This document shows, piece after piece, positions 11,024-21,091 of a stretch of DNA of 29,852 bases. The DNA comes from Chiloscyllium plagiosum (lineage: Eukaryota). Position 1 is the stretch's first letter, and every line of letters begins with the position of its first letter. Below the pieces are notes generated by a model. The model was not told where the DNA came from and did not search any database. It was given only the letters and a program-made list of their open reading frames with translations. The stretch spans positions 104,158,910-104,188,761 of the forward strand of contig NC_057717.1 of the NCBI RefSeq assembly GCF_004010195.1, written 5' to 3'. A program made the translations under genes and the position numbers.

Positions 11024-12192
11024 TGTTACAATGTGGTGGCTGAACTCTTCTGTTAATTAAACCAAATACCCAGAGAAGCTTGCCTCGTTTCGTAATCTCT
11101 TAAAATATGATTGTCAAAGAACTTCTAAATTCCACTATTTAAAGAAAAATAACAATTTATTTTCCTAACTCTAATAGTGAACATTAAACAAAAACTATTC
11201 CCAAATACAAGCCCTCTTTTCTTAACTGCTTACTATCTGACCCCAATTCTATTTTTTAAAAAATGGAGTTCCAATAACACACTTATTAAACATTACATTA
11301 ACTTAATCTCAAAACAATTACTTAGATTAGATTACTTACAGTGTGGAAACAGGCCCTTCGGCCCAACAAGTCCACACCGCCCCGCCGAAGCGCAACCCAC
11401 CCATACCCTACATTACCCCTTACCTAATACCACGGGCAGTTTAGCATGGCCAATTCACCTGACCTGCACATCTTTGGACTGTGGGAGGAAACTGGAGCAC
11501 CCGGAGGAAACCCACGCAGACACGGGGAGAATGTGCAAACTCCACACAGTCAGTTGCCTGAGGTGGGAATTGAACCCGGGTCTCTGGAGCTGTGAGGCAG
11601 CAGTGCTAACCACTGTGCCACCGTGCCGCCCAATACAATACAGTCTCTGTCATTGCTGTCTTCAGTCTTCCAGCTGCTGATCTCCTTGGGTCATCATCTT
11701 TATTTTTTAGTGTGAGTATGTTTTACATGAAAAGGTACCTTTTGAAAAAGAGTGTTTTCTAATATCTTTGAGAACAAGATGTTAGATGGGCAATTAGCTG
11801 TCCGGGTCTATGGCAGTTGCTCGGCTGATCGATGGTAGTTTCTCTCTGACAAATTTCTGAAATACATGTGTTTCTTAAACCCCTCCCCCCCCCGTGACAC
11901 ATAAAACTCTTATAATTTAATTGATTTCTGGGAGTCAAAACAATAAAATTCAAATTCCACTGGGTTTTAGTACCCTGGGCATAATTTAAACTAATTGGTT
12001 AAATTCAAATTGTCAAAACAGCAATCAAAACTCAGGTATCCAATTAACAACTTGCTACATGTATCTATTTTGGAGCAACTCATCTCCTAGCCTTTCCATT
12101 TGGACAGCTGAGCCTGCACTTTAAGTTTACTTCAAAATTCAGAAAACACTTTCACTTTTAAAGTGAACATACGTGCTTTTGTCTTCATAACA
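11024..12192 (-). mobile_element. Solo LTR (Gypsy-like, 4-bp TSD) inserted in the Rex1/Babar LINE
   Basis: TGTTA...TAACA inverted termini; TSD CTTT (11020-11023) / CTTG (12193-12196). LINE coding sequence resumes on either side. AATAAA on the minus strand at about 11156-11161. Confidence 0.75.
11322..11631 (-). mobile_element. Full-length young HE1-type tRNA-derived V-SINE
   Basis: Minus strand begins GGGCGGCACGGTGGCACAGTGG (A box 11610-11620); B box GGTTCAATTCC (11566-11576); V-domain TGCGTGGGTTTCCTCCGGGTGCTCC; CR1-like tail ending in AATCT repeats; many CpGs retained. Confidence 0.93.
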
Positions 12193-14559
12193 CTTGGTAA
12201 CCTGTCATATAGTCTAAGCCGAAGTCTCTGTGGTTGGTCTGAGTCTCAGTTTACTTTGTCTTTTGGTGTCTCTGATGGCATTATGAAGGTCGTACCTGAT
12301 TTTCCTGCAGAGATCAGAGTTACTCGGCTTGTAAGCCTCAGACCTGAACATCAGTAGGGAGTGGATCTCCAGGTTCTTCCATGGTTGGTTTGGGGAGTAT
12401 TCTGATTAACTTCTTCACCAGTGGAGGCATACTCATTTAGGTTGACTGCTAAGTTCTTGAATATCGAACAGTCCCCTCTTGACCAGTCTTATGTAAGCCC
12501 TTCCATTGTTTCAGACCAACACTGTACTAAGTTCTGCACTAGGTCCTCACTTTTCAATTGCTGCTTGTAAGCCAAGAGAAAGAGCACTTTGTTGTGATTT
12601 TCCAAAATGCGGATGGGGGCTGGAGCAATAGGCACCTTTGGTTGTATAGCAGTGGTTGTGGAAATAAAATACTGAAATATGCCCATTAAAGCCTGCCTCT
12701 TTGACTAAGCTTTTGGTTGTATACCCTAATATATAATTAAATACCAAATGTGATTAAGTTAAGCATGATTATAAATGGTGAGCTAGAATTTCCCCAACAT
12801 CACCATCCCTTCCCCATTTTGAGCATAAGTTTGTGCATTTTCATCCTTTAAAAAGTTGAACTTTCCTTTCTACTCACTTTCTTTCATCATGGTGCTTGTT
12901 CTGTAATAAATTCCTCTGTTGACCATGCCACACTCAGCCTCCTGTCTCTGTCCTCTGCTCATACAGTTTCAATTCTTTTCATTAGTTCACCTTCTCCCAC
13001 TCTCTGTTCCTCCAGACCCTGGATCTAAGAAGAGCTTTCCATTGTAATACTCTGCAGTTTAATTCTAGACTCCCAACATAGACACATGCTACCTCCAGGA
13101 AGTGCCAGGGAATGTTTCACTATGTTTTAAGTGTATAATATAATTGAGAATAGCTGGTCTAAATTTGGGAACTGCTTGAGGAATGTTTTGCTGTGAACAT
13201 TAGCTGGGATTGAAGTTTCCTCCTTTGCCCCAGGGATCATGATAATTCATTCACTGTGATCAGATAGATGTGTTGGATAAGCTGAAATCTGTGGTATTAT
13301 CAGCTTAATTATTTTGATCCTACTCAACTTCTTGTCACAGGTAGTCAGTAACTTGGTAAGCTCCATCATGTTTGAACCCTTTGGTTTCAAAACACCAAGA
13401 AGAGGTACGGATAAAATATTTCGTATTTTATTAATAAGTTCCCTTGTTCTGAGGATGTACAGAGAAAGGAATTTGAGCACAGATGCGGCCTGTATTTCTC
13501 TTGATAGTTGCCACGAGAGATAATATCTAGTTTTTCAATTATTGCTATAAAGTTCTAATCCCTACAGTTTTGTGGTCAACTTCAAAAGTAGTTTGTATCA
13601 CCATTAATCTGCGTTAAAATATTTCAGATTTCTAAAAGTATTTTAGGAAATTTAGGAATTGAAAACTCATTTGTTTTGAACTGAAAAAATAAACAATAAA
13701 CTTTCCTAAAATAGTAAGGTTTTTGGTCATTAGCTGTGCTTTCCTTCCCTAAGGTATGAGGGAGAGGCTAACTATTTCCATTGCGGTCTTAACATATTTG
13801 TGCTAGGGTGGAGCCAACTAGGTTTTTTTACAAACCGATTAGTTTTTGGCATGTTGAGGTATTAGCGTATCTTATCAGCATCCCAAAGCACCAAAGAATG
13901 AGAATTGCTTTTAAGTGTCGTGGCTGCTGGACAGTAGCCATCCTGATCACTGTAGTCATCAAACTAGTTTTTCTGGTTGTTATGATGGCAGTATTGACCA
14001 ACATGTTGGGGTGGAGTAGGGTGGGGAGGGAAGACTCCTGGCTCATCATCTATAATCATGCTCAATTTAACCACAATAACATAGAAATGTAATGTCTCAT
14101 TCCAGGTCGATCAGTTCAATCCACAGATAATGCACTCCAGTCCTGAAGCAGGGTTTTGAGTGTTTGGTCTTTTTAATTTGGCCAGGCTTGTTACCGGCTA
14201 GGCTAATCTGAAAACAGGATTGGGAAATCAGTCAAGATCCTTGTTCCTTATCGTTAGTGTTTGATAATATTTATAAAAACAAAGATTTTCCATTTCTAGG
14301 TCCAATAAACTCGGTGGATGGGACTAAATCGTGAGAAAACTTTTAAATTTAGTTTTATTTCTTTCCAGACCGCTTGGAAACTGGCTGGTTCCCCAGTAAT
14401 TTCCAAGCCAAGTTTGTGGTTTGCCACCAGCATTGATTCGTTTGTTATGTCACAGATGACCAGCAATATAATACGAAAACCAGTGGAACAGATTGATCAG
14501 TAGTCCCTTCCATTTTCGGACTTCAGAAAGAAAATTCAGCATTTAAGTATCTGGACGTA

Positions 14560-14641
14560 GGTGGCAAAACGTCTAAGCTCAGTGAGCAAACCTATATCCA
14601 GAACCTCAACCTGAGCTACAAATCTTCTCAAAGCTCGCTAG
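14560..14641 (+). mobile_element. Short repeat fragment, probably the terminus of another Penelope-like family
   Basis: AAAACGTCT..AGCTCAGTGAGCAAACCTATATCCAGAACCTCAACCTGAGCTACAAATCTTCTCAAA resembles a common shark repeat end as I recall it; single copy in this window. Confidence 0.4.
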
Positions 14642-15517
14642 CGTTTAAGTATAATTATACGGGATCATTTGTATAATTTGTACCTTTTCTCTCTTCCTCT
14701 TCCAATCTTTTCACTTGCTAGTTCTCAAAAGTATAGTTTTAGTTATGGTTTTTGAGTGTCAGGATCCTCTCAGGACCTCATCAATGTAGACATTTCTTGC
14801 GCCGGGCCGTTGTGTGAATGTTGGTAAGACATTTTAACCCGGGTACTGGGAAAATAGTAGTCCTGACGCCTAATTCTGTCTTCTCATGTCCTATCTTTGA
14901 GACGATTGTTAGAAACAATATAACTTTAGATTTTATGTGTTAAGAAGAGGGAGATGTGATTTTTGAGTTTTTAAATGTATTTAATTCCAAGAATTCTGGA
15001 GGCTATTCACATTTAAATGAACCCTTAATATGATTTTACATCCCTTAAAGTAAAAAGATGGATGGCTAGTGGCTTATGACTCTGTAAAGGTGGGGTAACT
15101 GCTGTTGCCCTGGAATAGGAGTCCAGGAATACAAAGAAAAATCTAGAAGTTGGTCAATCAGTGGGTGTGTGCATACACAGAGATGGTTAGAAACTGAGCT
15201 TGGAGGGCTTTTATGTTTGTTCTGAAGTTAAAGTCAATAGTGAGTTTAGTTTGCAGTTTAACTTCTAGAGAGATCGACTGAAGAACAAGCTGTGAATGGA
15301 TGTGCAGATACTTGTTGGAATGAAACTGGTTGCAACTGTGCCAGCCTAAGCAAGAAGTCTTTGTGTGAAGTTGTGGGGTTTTTAGCGTGTTTGCAAGGAT
15401 ATTATTGGGATAAAAGGAATGGCGTGAATTTGAAACCTTTAATGTTTTTAATGAACTCTTTTTACAATCTTTTGTCAGTGTAATGTAGTTTATTATGATT
15501 TAATTGATAAATATCAG

Positions 15518-15760
15518 GATAAGGAACAGAAGGAAGCCATCTGCCCCTTTGGTCCTGTGCTGGTTCATTGAATGAAATATCCAATTAGTCCCTCTACTCC
15601 TATTTTTCCCCTGTGGAACAGTTTTCTGTTCAGGTATATATTCAATTACCTTTTGAAAGTTACTGTTGAATTTTCTTCCAACATCCTTTCAGACAGCACA
15701 CACTCCAGATCACAACAATTCAATACATTTAAAATTCCCATCTACTTTCTTTCTTTGTTA
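15518..15760 (-). mobile_element. Old CR1-type LINE 3' end
   Basis: AGGAACAGAAGGAAGCCAT...CCTTTTGAAAGTTACTGTTGAA...TCCAGATCACAACA has the layout of an antisense CR1 tail. Confidence 0.55.
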
Positions 15761-16107
15761 ATCTTGAAAATTGCAACTTGTAAGAAAGAAACATGCTTTT
15801 CTTGGGTAGATGTATCATGTTCAATCATGTTAATAGCCCCTCAAAACAAGGAAAATATTTGCAGGTCTCTGGGGTGTGTTATGTTTTGAAAAACTCTAAA
15901 AGGCAGCTTTTACATTTCCTAATCTTATCCATCCCCTAAACAGTACTAGTAAGGCCTGTGAAACCTGGGTAAGTGCTCCCTTTGGGTCTGGGTAGATCCC
16001 CAAATCAATGTTTGGGAATGATGTGACTCGGGATAGCATGCTCATTCAAATCAGAATGCTGTGGAAGTAAGTCCCAACTCAAAGAGGGCCAGCATTGAAT
16101 GGGATAT

Positions 16108-16482
16108 TGAATAAATTGGGTTTGTATTCTCTGGAGTTTAGAGGACTGTGAAGTGCTGTGAAAAGTTTACGATAATGAAGTGGGCTTGATGGGGTATGCA
16201 CTGAAATGCTTCCCCTGTTGGGGAATCTAAGTCAAGGGTGCAGAGTATCATGGTAAGGGGCTGATCTCTCAGGATAAAGATGAGAAATTTCTTCACTAAG
16301 TGAGTTGTGAATCTTTGGAATTCTCTTGCCCCAAGGGTTGAGGATGCTGTATTGTATACAATATTGAAGGCTGACATAAGGGTGTCTCAGAATATTTGTG
16401 GCATTAAAGTGAAATTGAAGCCTGATCAACCATGATCATACTGAACAGTGATGCAGGTTCAACAGGACATTCACCTGCTCCC
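16108..16482 (+). mobile_element. Old CR1-type LINE 3' end
   Basis: Remnant peptides LNKLGLYSLEFRGL and RNFFTK*VVNLWNSL. Confidence 0.8.
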
Positions 16483-17089
16483 CTAGTTTAGAGACTTCAC
16501 AACAGGATTGAACTGATACTCCCAGACACATTGTACAGAGGTAGTGCCACACTATCAAAGATAGTTTCATTTTGGGTGAGACAGTAAACTCAGCAGTACA
16601 TCAACAGTAGAAAGCATTCTGTATTACAGTGAGTGTATTGCTAATTTCCTTGCACATAGTTGGGCATACAAAGAAACTCCCACGAGTTACCTTGATAAAT
16701 CTGTAGTCTGCTATTCTGTCAGTAATGTTAAACCCCAAAACACCTGACTTGTAAAGTTTCCACTTCTGTCTGCTGCCTTTGACATGAGCAAAGATGATAT
16801 CTTTGAGGCCAGCCTGCCCACTTAGCAGTTTGTCCATGTCCTATTTGTCGGTGTTCAGAGTGCAGGACATAATCTATGGAGTAACACAGCAAAACATGCA
16901 CAGTTAGGCTGGTCATTGCTGACCAAATGTTTGTGTTAAATAATGACATACATGTCTGTGCCCCTGTGTGGTGAGGGGGTCGGCTTAATCCAAAAAGAAT
17001 ATTTGATATCGGCTACTACAGGCCAAGGTTAGACTCATTGCTAGCATGAGGTTACATTCAGCTGGGTGAGGTTTTGGATTACAATGTAC

Positions 17090-17670
17090 TGTGTAGAATT
17101 ATACAGCAGTCACAGTCCAGAAACAGATATTCAATCCAGCTTAAGCTCCACATGAACCTCCACCAATTGGCTTATCCTTGGATTTCTTTTACCCCTGTGT
17201 ATATCCAACTTCCTCATAACTACATCTTTATAATTCCCCTCAACCATTCTCTGTAGTAGTGGGTTATAAGTTTCAGTCAATCTTCTAATAAAGATGGAAC
17301 AAATTACTGCAGATGCTGGAATCTGTACTGAAAACAAGAAATGCTGACGATTACAGTGGGCCAGATAGCATCCATGAAGAGAGAGCAAGCTAATGTTTCA
17401 CGTCTAGATGACTCTCCATCAGAGCTGAAGTAACGTGTGGAAGGGACAGCATTTATGCTATAGTTTGTGGGGGGTGACTAGGGTGCTGGTGGTGAAAAGA
17501 TGTTGATAGTTCAGATTAAGTGATTGGAATGTAAGAATATAATAAAGAACATTCTCCTGAATCCCTACTGGATTTGTTTGGACTATTGTTATGGGCTTCC
17601 TTGTAACAAATGGAAACATCTCTGCACCTACTTAATCAAATCCTTTATTAAATTTTGAAGAGTATACGAA
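17090..17670 (-). mobile_element. Old CR1-type tail, interrupted by the Penelope-like insertion at 17295-17539
   Basis: TTCCCCTCAACCATTCTCTGTAGTAGTG on the left continues as AATAAAGAACATTCTCCTGAATCCCTACTGG...TGGAAACATCTCT on the right. Confidence 0.55.
17295..17539 (-). mobile_element. Penelope-like terminal fragment with 9-bp TSD and decayed hammerhead-like core
   Basis: TAATAAAGA at 17286-17294 and 17540-17548; minus-strand core CTGATGG-A-GAGTC-ATCTA-GACGT-GAAA-CA-TTA (17422-17391). Confidence 0.72.
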
Positions 17671-18919
17671 CCAGACTTTTGATAAACCACTAATTTCACC
17701 CAATATTTCAGAATCTCCCCACCTTTTGAAAACAATTCAGAAGTAGGTTTAGTACAGAATGAAAAGATAAAGTTAGCCTGTCACGGTTGACCACAAAGAA
17801 GGAACATGTAATTACAAAGCATCTTTAATATCATTGAGATGGTTCAAAGGTTTTCACAGTCAGTATTATTGGAAATCTTTTCACTGTACAACATTCAGTT
17901 TAAAGTACACTGAATTCAGACTTCAGTGAGTGTGTTTTTAACAAAATAGATGAAGTTGGGTTTTACCAAGCTAGGTTTCATGCTGGGATCTGACTTGTGC
18001 AGTGTCACTTTCAGCTGAGATTATAACCCAAGTCATGAAATTGTGATTCTGAACAAACATCCTGGCTGTGTGAGGTAAAGGATTTGGGCAAAGATGGGAA
18101 ATGAGCATGATTTTTCATTACAATACATATTGGCATGTCTGGTGGGTATGCAATCAATGTTCATGGGTCAGTGGCTGTTTGCCTTCCGTGATGAAGAGAA
18201 AAGAAGTGATGCAGTGCACGGCATCAAATAAAATAATCACTGAAGATAAATGATTTGGTATTAACTAAAATTATACTTTTCTCATGGGGAAGTATCAGTT
18301 ATGAAATCATTCCCTCGAACCTTAAGCTAGGTAGTTATTAACTTAAAGGATTGGGAATAAAGTTGACTTGATAGTTTCACAAGCTTGATGGTTCCAGGTG
18401 TCCAGAAAAATTCTGGAAGTTTTAGGTGATGTTAACAAAAATATCCTTCCAGTTTCCCCAACCTCAATTTTTCTATTCGATTAGTTTGCAAAGACATCTC
18501 CCAAACGTTCTGTGATTTTGACTCAATATTTTGAAGCCAAAGGCTTTTTTTGGGAAGTAGGCGCGTTGAGCCGTGCTTAAAATGTCTGTTGAGGCACAAA
18601 CTTGTGATCTTCAGAAGTGATTTTCAACAGAGATTATATGTTACAAAACCTCCTGGAAGGGCGCTTGGGATATAGTTTCAAGGAAAGTTCACAAAACAAG
18701 ATAGGATCTTATCACTACTGGCATGCGTATATCTTGCTTCCTTCTCAATCATTTGACAGTAATGTATAATCAGTAAAATCAACCCACATTTCAAACTAAA
18801 ATGTTTTGTTTTGTTTCTTTGGCTTGAATGAACTCTGAAGCCTAGCATGTTTGTGCAGTCAGTTCATGACTGATTTTTAAAAGTCTTTACGTTCCCTAGC
18901 CCCACACAAGGCAGCACCT

Positions 18920-19352
18920 TGATTTAAAATTCTCACTCATGTTTTCCATTTGGCCTGATCCTCCCATTTCTGTAACCACCCCTTCTAGTCTGATGCCCTG
19001 TTTTGTATACTCATTTTAATTTCTGTTGATACCTGTGAATTAAATTGCCCTAAATGCTGAAATTACCTCCCTTATCCTCTCTACCTGTCTCATTCCTTTT
19101 TAAAGATGTTCACTGGAGTTCTGTGCAACCCCCGATTTAATTACTGCTTCATCAGTGACTGTATCTTCAGCTGTTTGAACCCCAAGCTCTGGAATGACCT
19201 CACTCTAGCTTCCTTTTGTTTTGTAAGGTTGTCCTCAGAACCTACATCTTTGACCATGATTTTAGCCATCTCTCCTAATATCTCTTAATGTAACTTGGTA
19301 TCATACTTTGTTTTAAAATGTGAAGTACTTTGCAATGATTTATGTTATTGAA
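18920..19352 (+). mobile_element. Two tandem L2-type 3' tails abutting the last GIPC acceptor
   Basis: CCCAAGCTCTGGAAT...CCTACATCTTTGACCA...CCTAATATCTC...TGTGAAG; same family as the 3405-4555 flanks, 9235-9444/12677-12750 and 28470-28715. Confidence 0.6.
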
Positions 19353-19373
19353 CTCTCTCTCTCTTTCACATAG

Positions 19374-19522
19374 CTGCTACCATGGTTGACCTTGGCAAGA
19401 ATAAGAAGAATCCAGATGAGTTTGCACAGGCACTTGACGAGGAACTTGGTGACTTTGCATTTCCTGATGAGTTTGTCTTCGATGTCTGGGGTGCTATTGG
19501 AGATGCAAAGGCTGGACGATAA
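19374..19522 (+). CDS. GIPC1: GIPC last coding exon (GH2, myosin-VI-binding domain) with stop codon
   Basis: (CT)n tract plus TAG acceptor 19371-19373. (A)ATMVDLGKNKKNPDEFAQALDEELGDFAFPDEFVFDVWGAIGDAKAGR*, TAA 19520-19522; contains the hallmark GIPC motif LGDFAFPDEFVFDVWGAIGDAK. Confidence 0.96.
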
Positions 19523-19833
19523 TCACTGGACACAAATGCTGAGACTGTATGAAATCAGTGGAAAGGGCATTTTTAAAAAAAACATATATTTATATGCTAA
19601 TAATTTTAGGACGCTGGGTCCTGGGTTACTTTTCATAGGAATATTTCCAGATGATTTTGTACAATAAGACTGACCAATAATTTCTTGTTTCTAGACTATC
19701 TGATTTTTGTAAGCATTTAATTTGAGTACCCTTATAGGTGCCATATTGTGGTGTGCTGATGGTGTATGCATATGTGGATACCACAACTTTTGAAAGGGTT
19801 CTGCTGTGACAACACTATGCAGAAATTATTTTT

Positions 19834-19839
19834 AATAAA
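19834..19839 (+). promoter_or_regulatory. Candidate proximal polyadenylation signal (AATAAA) of GIPC
   Basis: First AATAAA after the stop, followed by T/GT-rich sequence; ATTAAA variant at 19933-19938. Usage cannot be shown from sequence alone. Confidence 0.45.
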
Positions 19840-20544
19840 TTTTTGCAGCTATGTTTATGGAAATTTTAAGATTGGGTTGGGAGAACAAAACTTCATATGA
19901 AGATGTAAATTCAGTCTACGTTGTAGGCTGCAATTAAAAAAGAGCATAATTAAGTGCACGCTACAATATGGCAAAACACTTGGGGTCCTCTACACCACTC
20001 AAACACTTTTAAAGTTGTGGTCTTAAACTAATGAATTTTAGTAGTTTTTCAGCTTGTTTGTAATGATCTTCCAGTTTCAGATACCTGTTTAAGCAGAAGA
20101 TCAGGAAGATGTGTTGGTAGGAAAGAAAGCATTCTTTAAATAATAAGAGACTTGCATTTTATACTCATGCATGCTTGACCATCTCAGTGATTCCCTAGTG
20201 GAATATAAATGCAAGGTTTATCAAATTATTTCTTCTATTGTTTACAAGACAATTATGTCTGCAGTGCATGGACTAATGTTGTTTAAACATCCCAATGCTG
20301 GTTTAAACAGCTCACTTGCAGCCATGTGACTGATATTAAGCTAAGTAATGATTGTTTTGCACACATCCAGTTCTTGAGGAGCACCTTTAATGACTATCTT
20401 AAAGCTGCCATGACTCAGACTTTGGTGAAATATAATGGTGGATATGTGAAATGTTCAAATTGAAAAGTGTGCACCACTAATTGTTGTCTTTTTAATAACT
20501 GTGATCCTCAAACCTTTGTACCTTAGCAAAATGTTCTAAAGCGC

Positions 20545-20905
20545 AAGACTTGGATTTCTGTAGCACCTTAATAACCTCACGATGTCCCAAAGCACTTTAC
20601 AGCCAATTAATTTTTTTTTGAAGTAGTCACTGTTGTGATGTGAAGAAACATGGCAGCCAATTTGTACACAGCAAACTCAGGAACTGCAATGTGGTAATGA
20701 TCAGATCACCCATCTTAATGATATTCGTTATTAAAAAAAAATCCATTAGGACTCTGGAGGAAAACTGCCCCATTCTTTTCAGACTAAGATGCGGGCTGTT
20801 TGGTGTACACTGAAGAAGGTGGTTGAGGCCTTAATTTATGTGTGTTCTGGAAGAGGATGCCTCTGTCTGTGCTGGTACTCCCTAAGTGCATAAAGTGTTG
20901 GCTAG
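20545..20905 (-). mobile_element. Old Deu-domain SINE about 1 kb downstream of the GIPC stop
   Basis: GTCCCAAAGCACTTTACAGCCAAT...GAAGTAGTCACTGTTG...GGCAGCCAATTTGTACACAGCAA. Confidence 0.7.
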
Positions 20906-21091
20906 TTTTTTTTTCCACTTGAGTGGAGGTGGATGTGAGGTGTATGAACCAATGTTGGAGCGCTGTTGATTTTGCTATGACATGAATTAAGGCATATTAC
21001 ATTTAAAGAAATGTTTCCCCTATTTCTTAGGTACCAAATGCACACCAAAGAGTCTTATTTATATCCATCAGCTGTACAGGTTAAAAAAAAA

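Larger units (their letters stand above)
9445..12676 (-). mobile_element. Decayed Rex1/Babar-type LINE (endonuclease end, RT and 3' end), interrupted by the LTR at 11024-12192
   Basis: Minus-strand peptides HCYTTKGAYCSSPHPHFGKS, AYKQQLKSEDLVQNLVQCWSE, SLTDELNIFYTCFEQ, KAAGPNGVPGHALR, CFKKTTIIPVPKK, LNLLLYFLHT...RFVDDTTIVGRISNNDETEYR and VKKVQQRLNFLRRLRKF; many frameshifts and stops. Confidence 0.88.

Noticed and set aside
11560..11631. tRNA gene on the minus strand
   Set aside because: The A/B boxes belong to the tRNA-derived SINE head, which runs straight into the V-domain; no proper acceptor stem.
11177..11680. Longest ORF in the track (167 aa, +)
   Set aside because: It starts at GTG and reads through LTR sequence and the antisense strand of the HE1 SINE; no protein-family features.
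13150..13700. Strong minus-strand acceptor at 13681-13700 and the 77-aa ORF, as a nested antisense gene
   Set aside because: All three frames stop within 60 nt of the acceptor; the ORF has no domain resemblance.
14763..14823. Possible cassette exon (AG 14761-14762, GTAAGA at 14824)
   Set aside because: 61 nt and frameshifting, with a poor pyrimidine tract and no similarity to GIPC.
14907..15482. Fourth solo LTR (starts TGTTAGA, LTR-like composition)
   Set aside because: No matching ...ACA terminus with a TSD could be identified; left unannotated.
18188..18243. GTGATGA...CTGA as an intronic C/D-box snoRNA
   Set aside because: Only 56 nt, with no convincing terminal stem or D' box and no rRNA complementarity that I can recognise.
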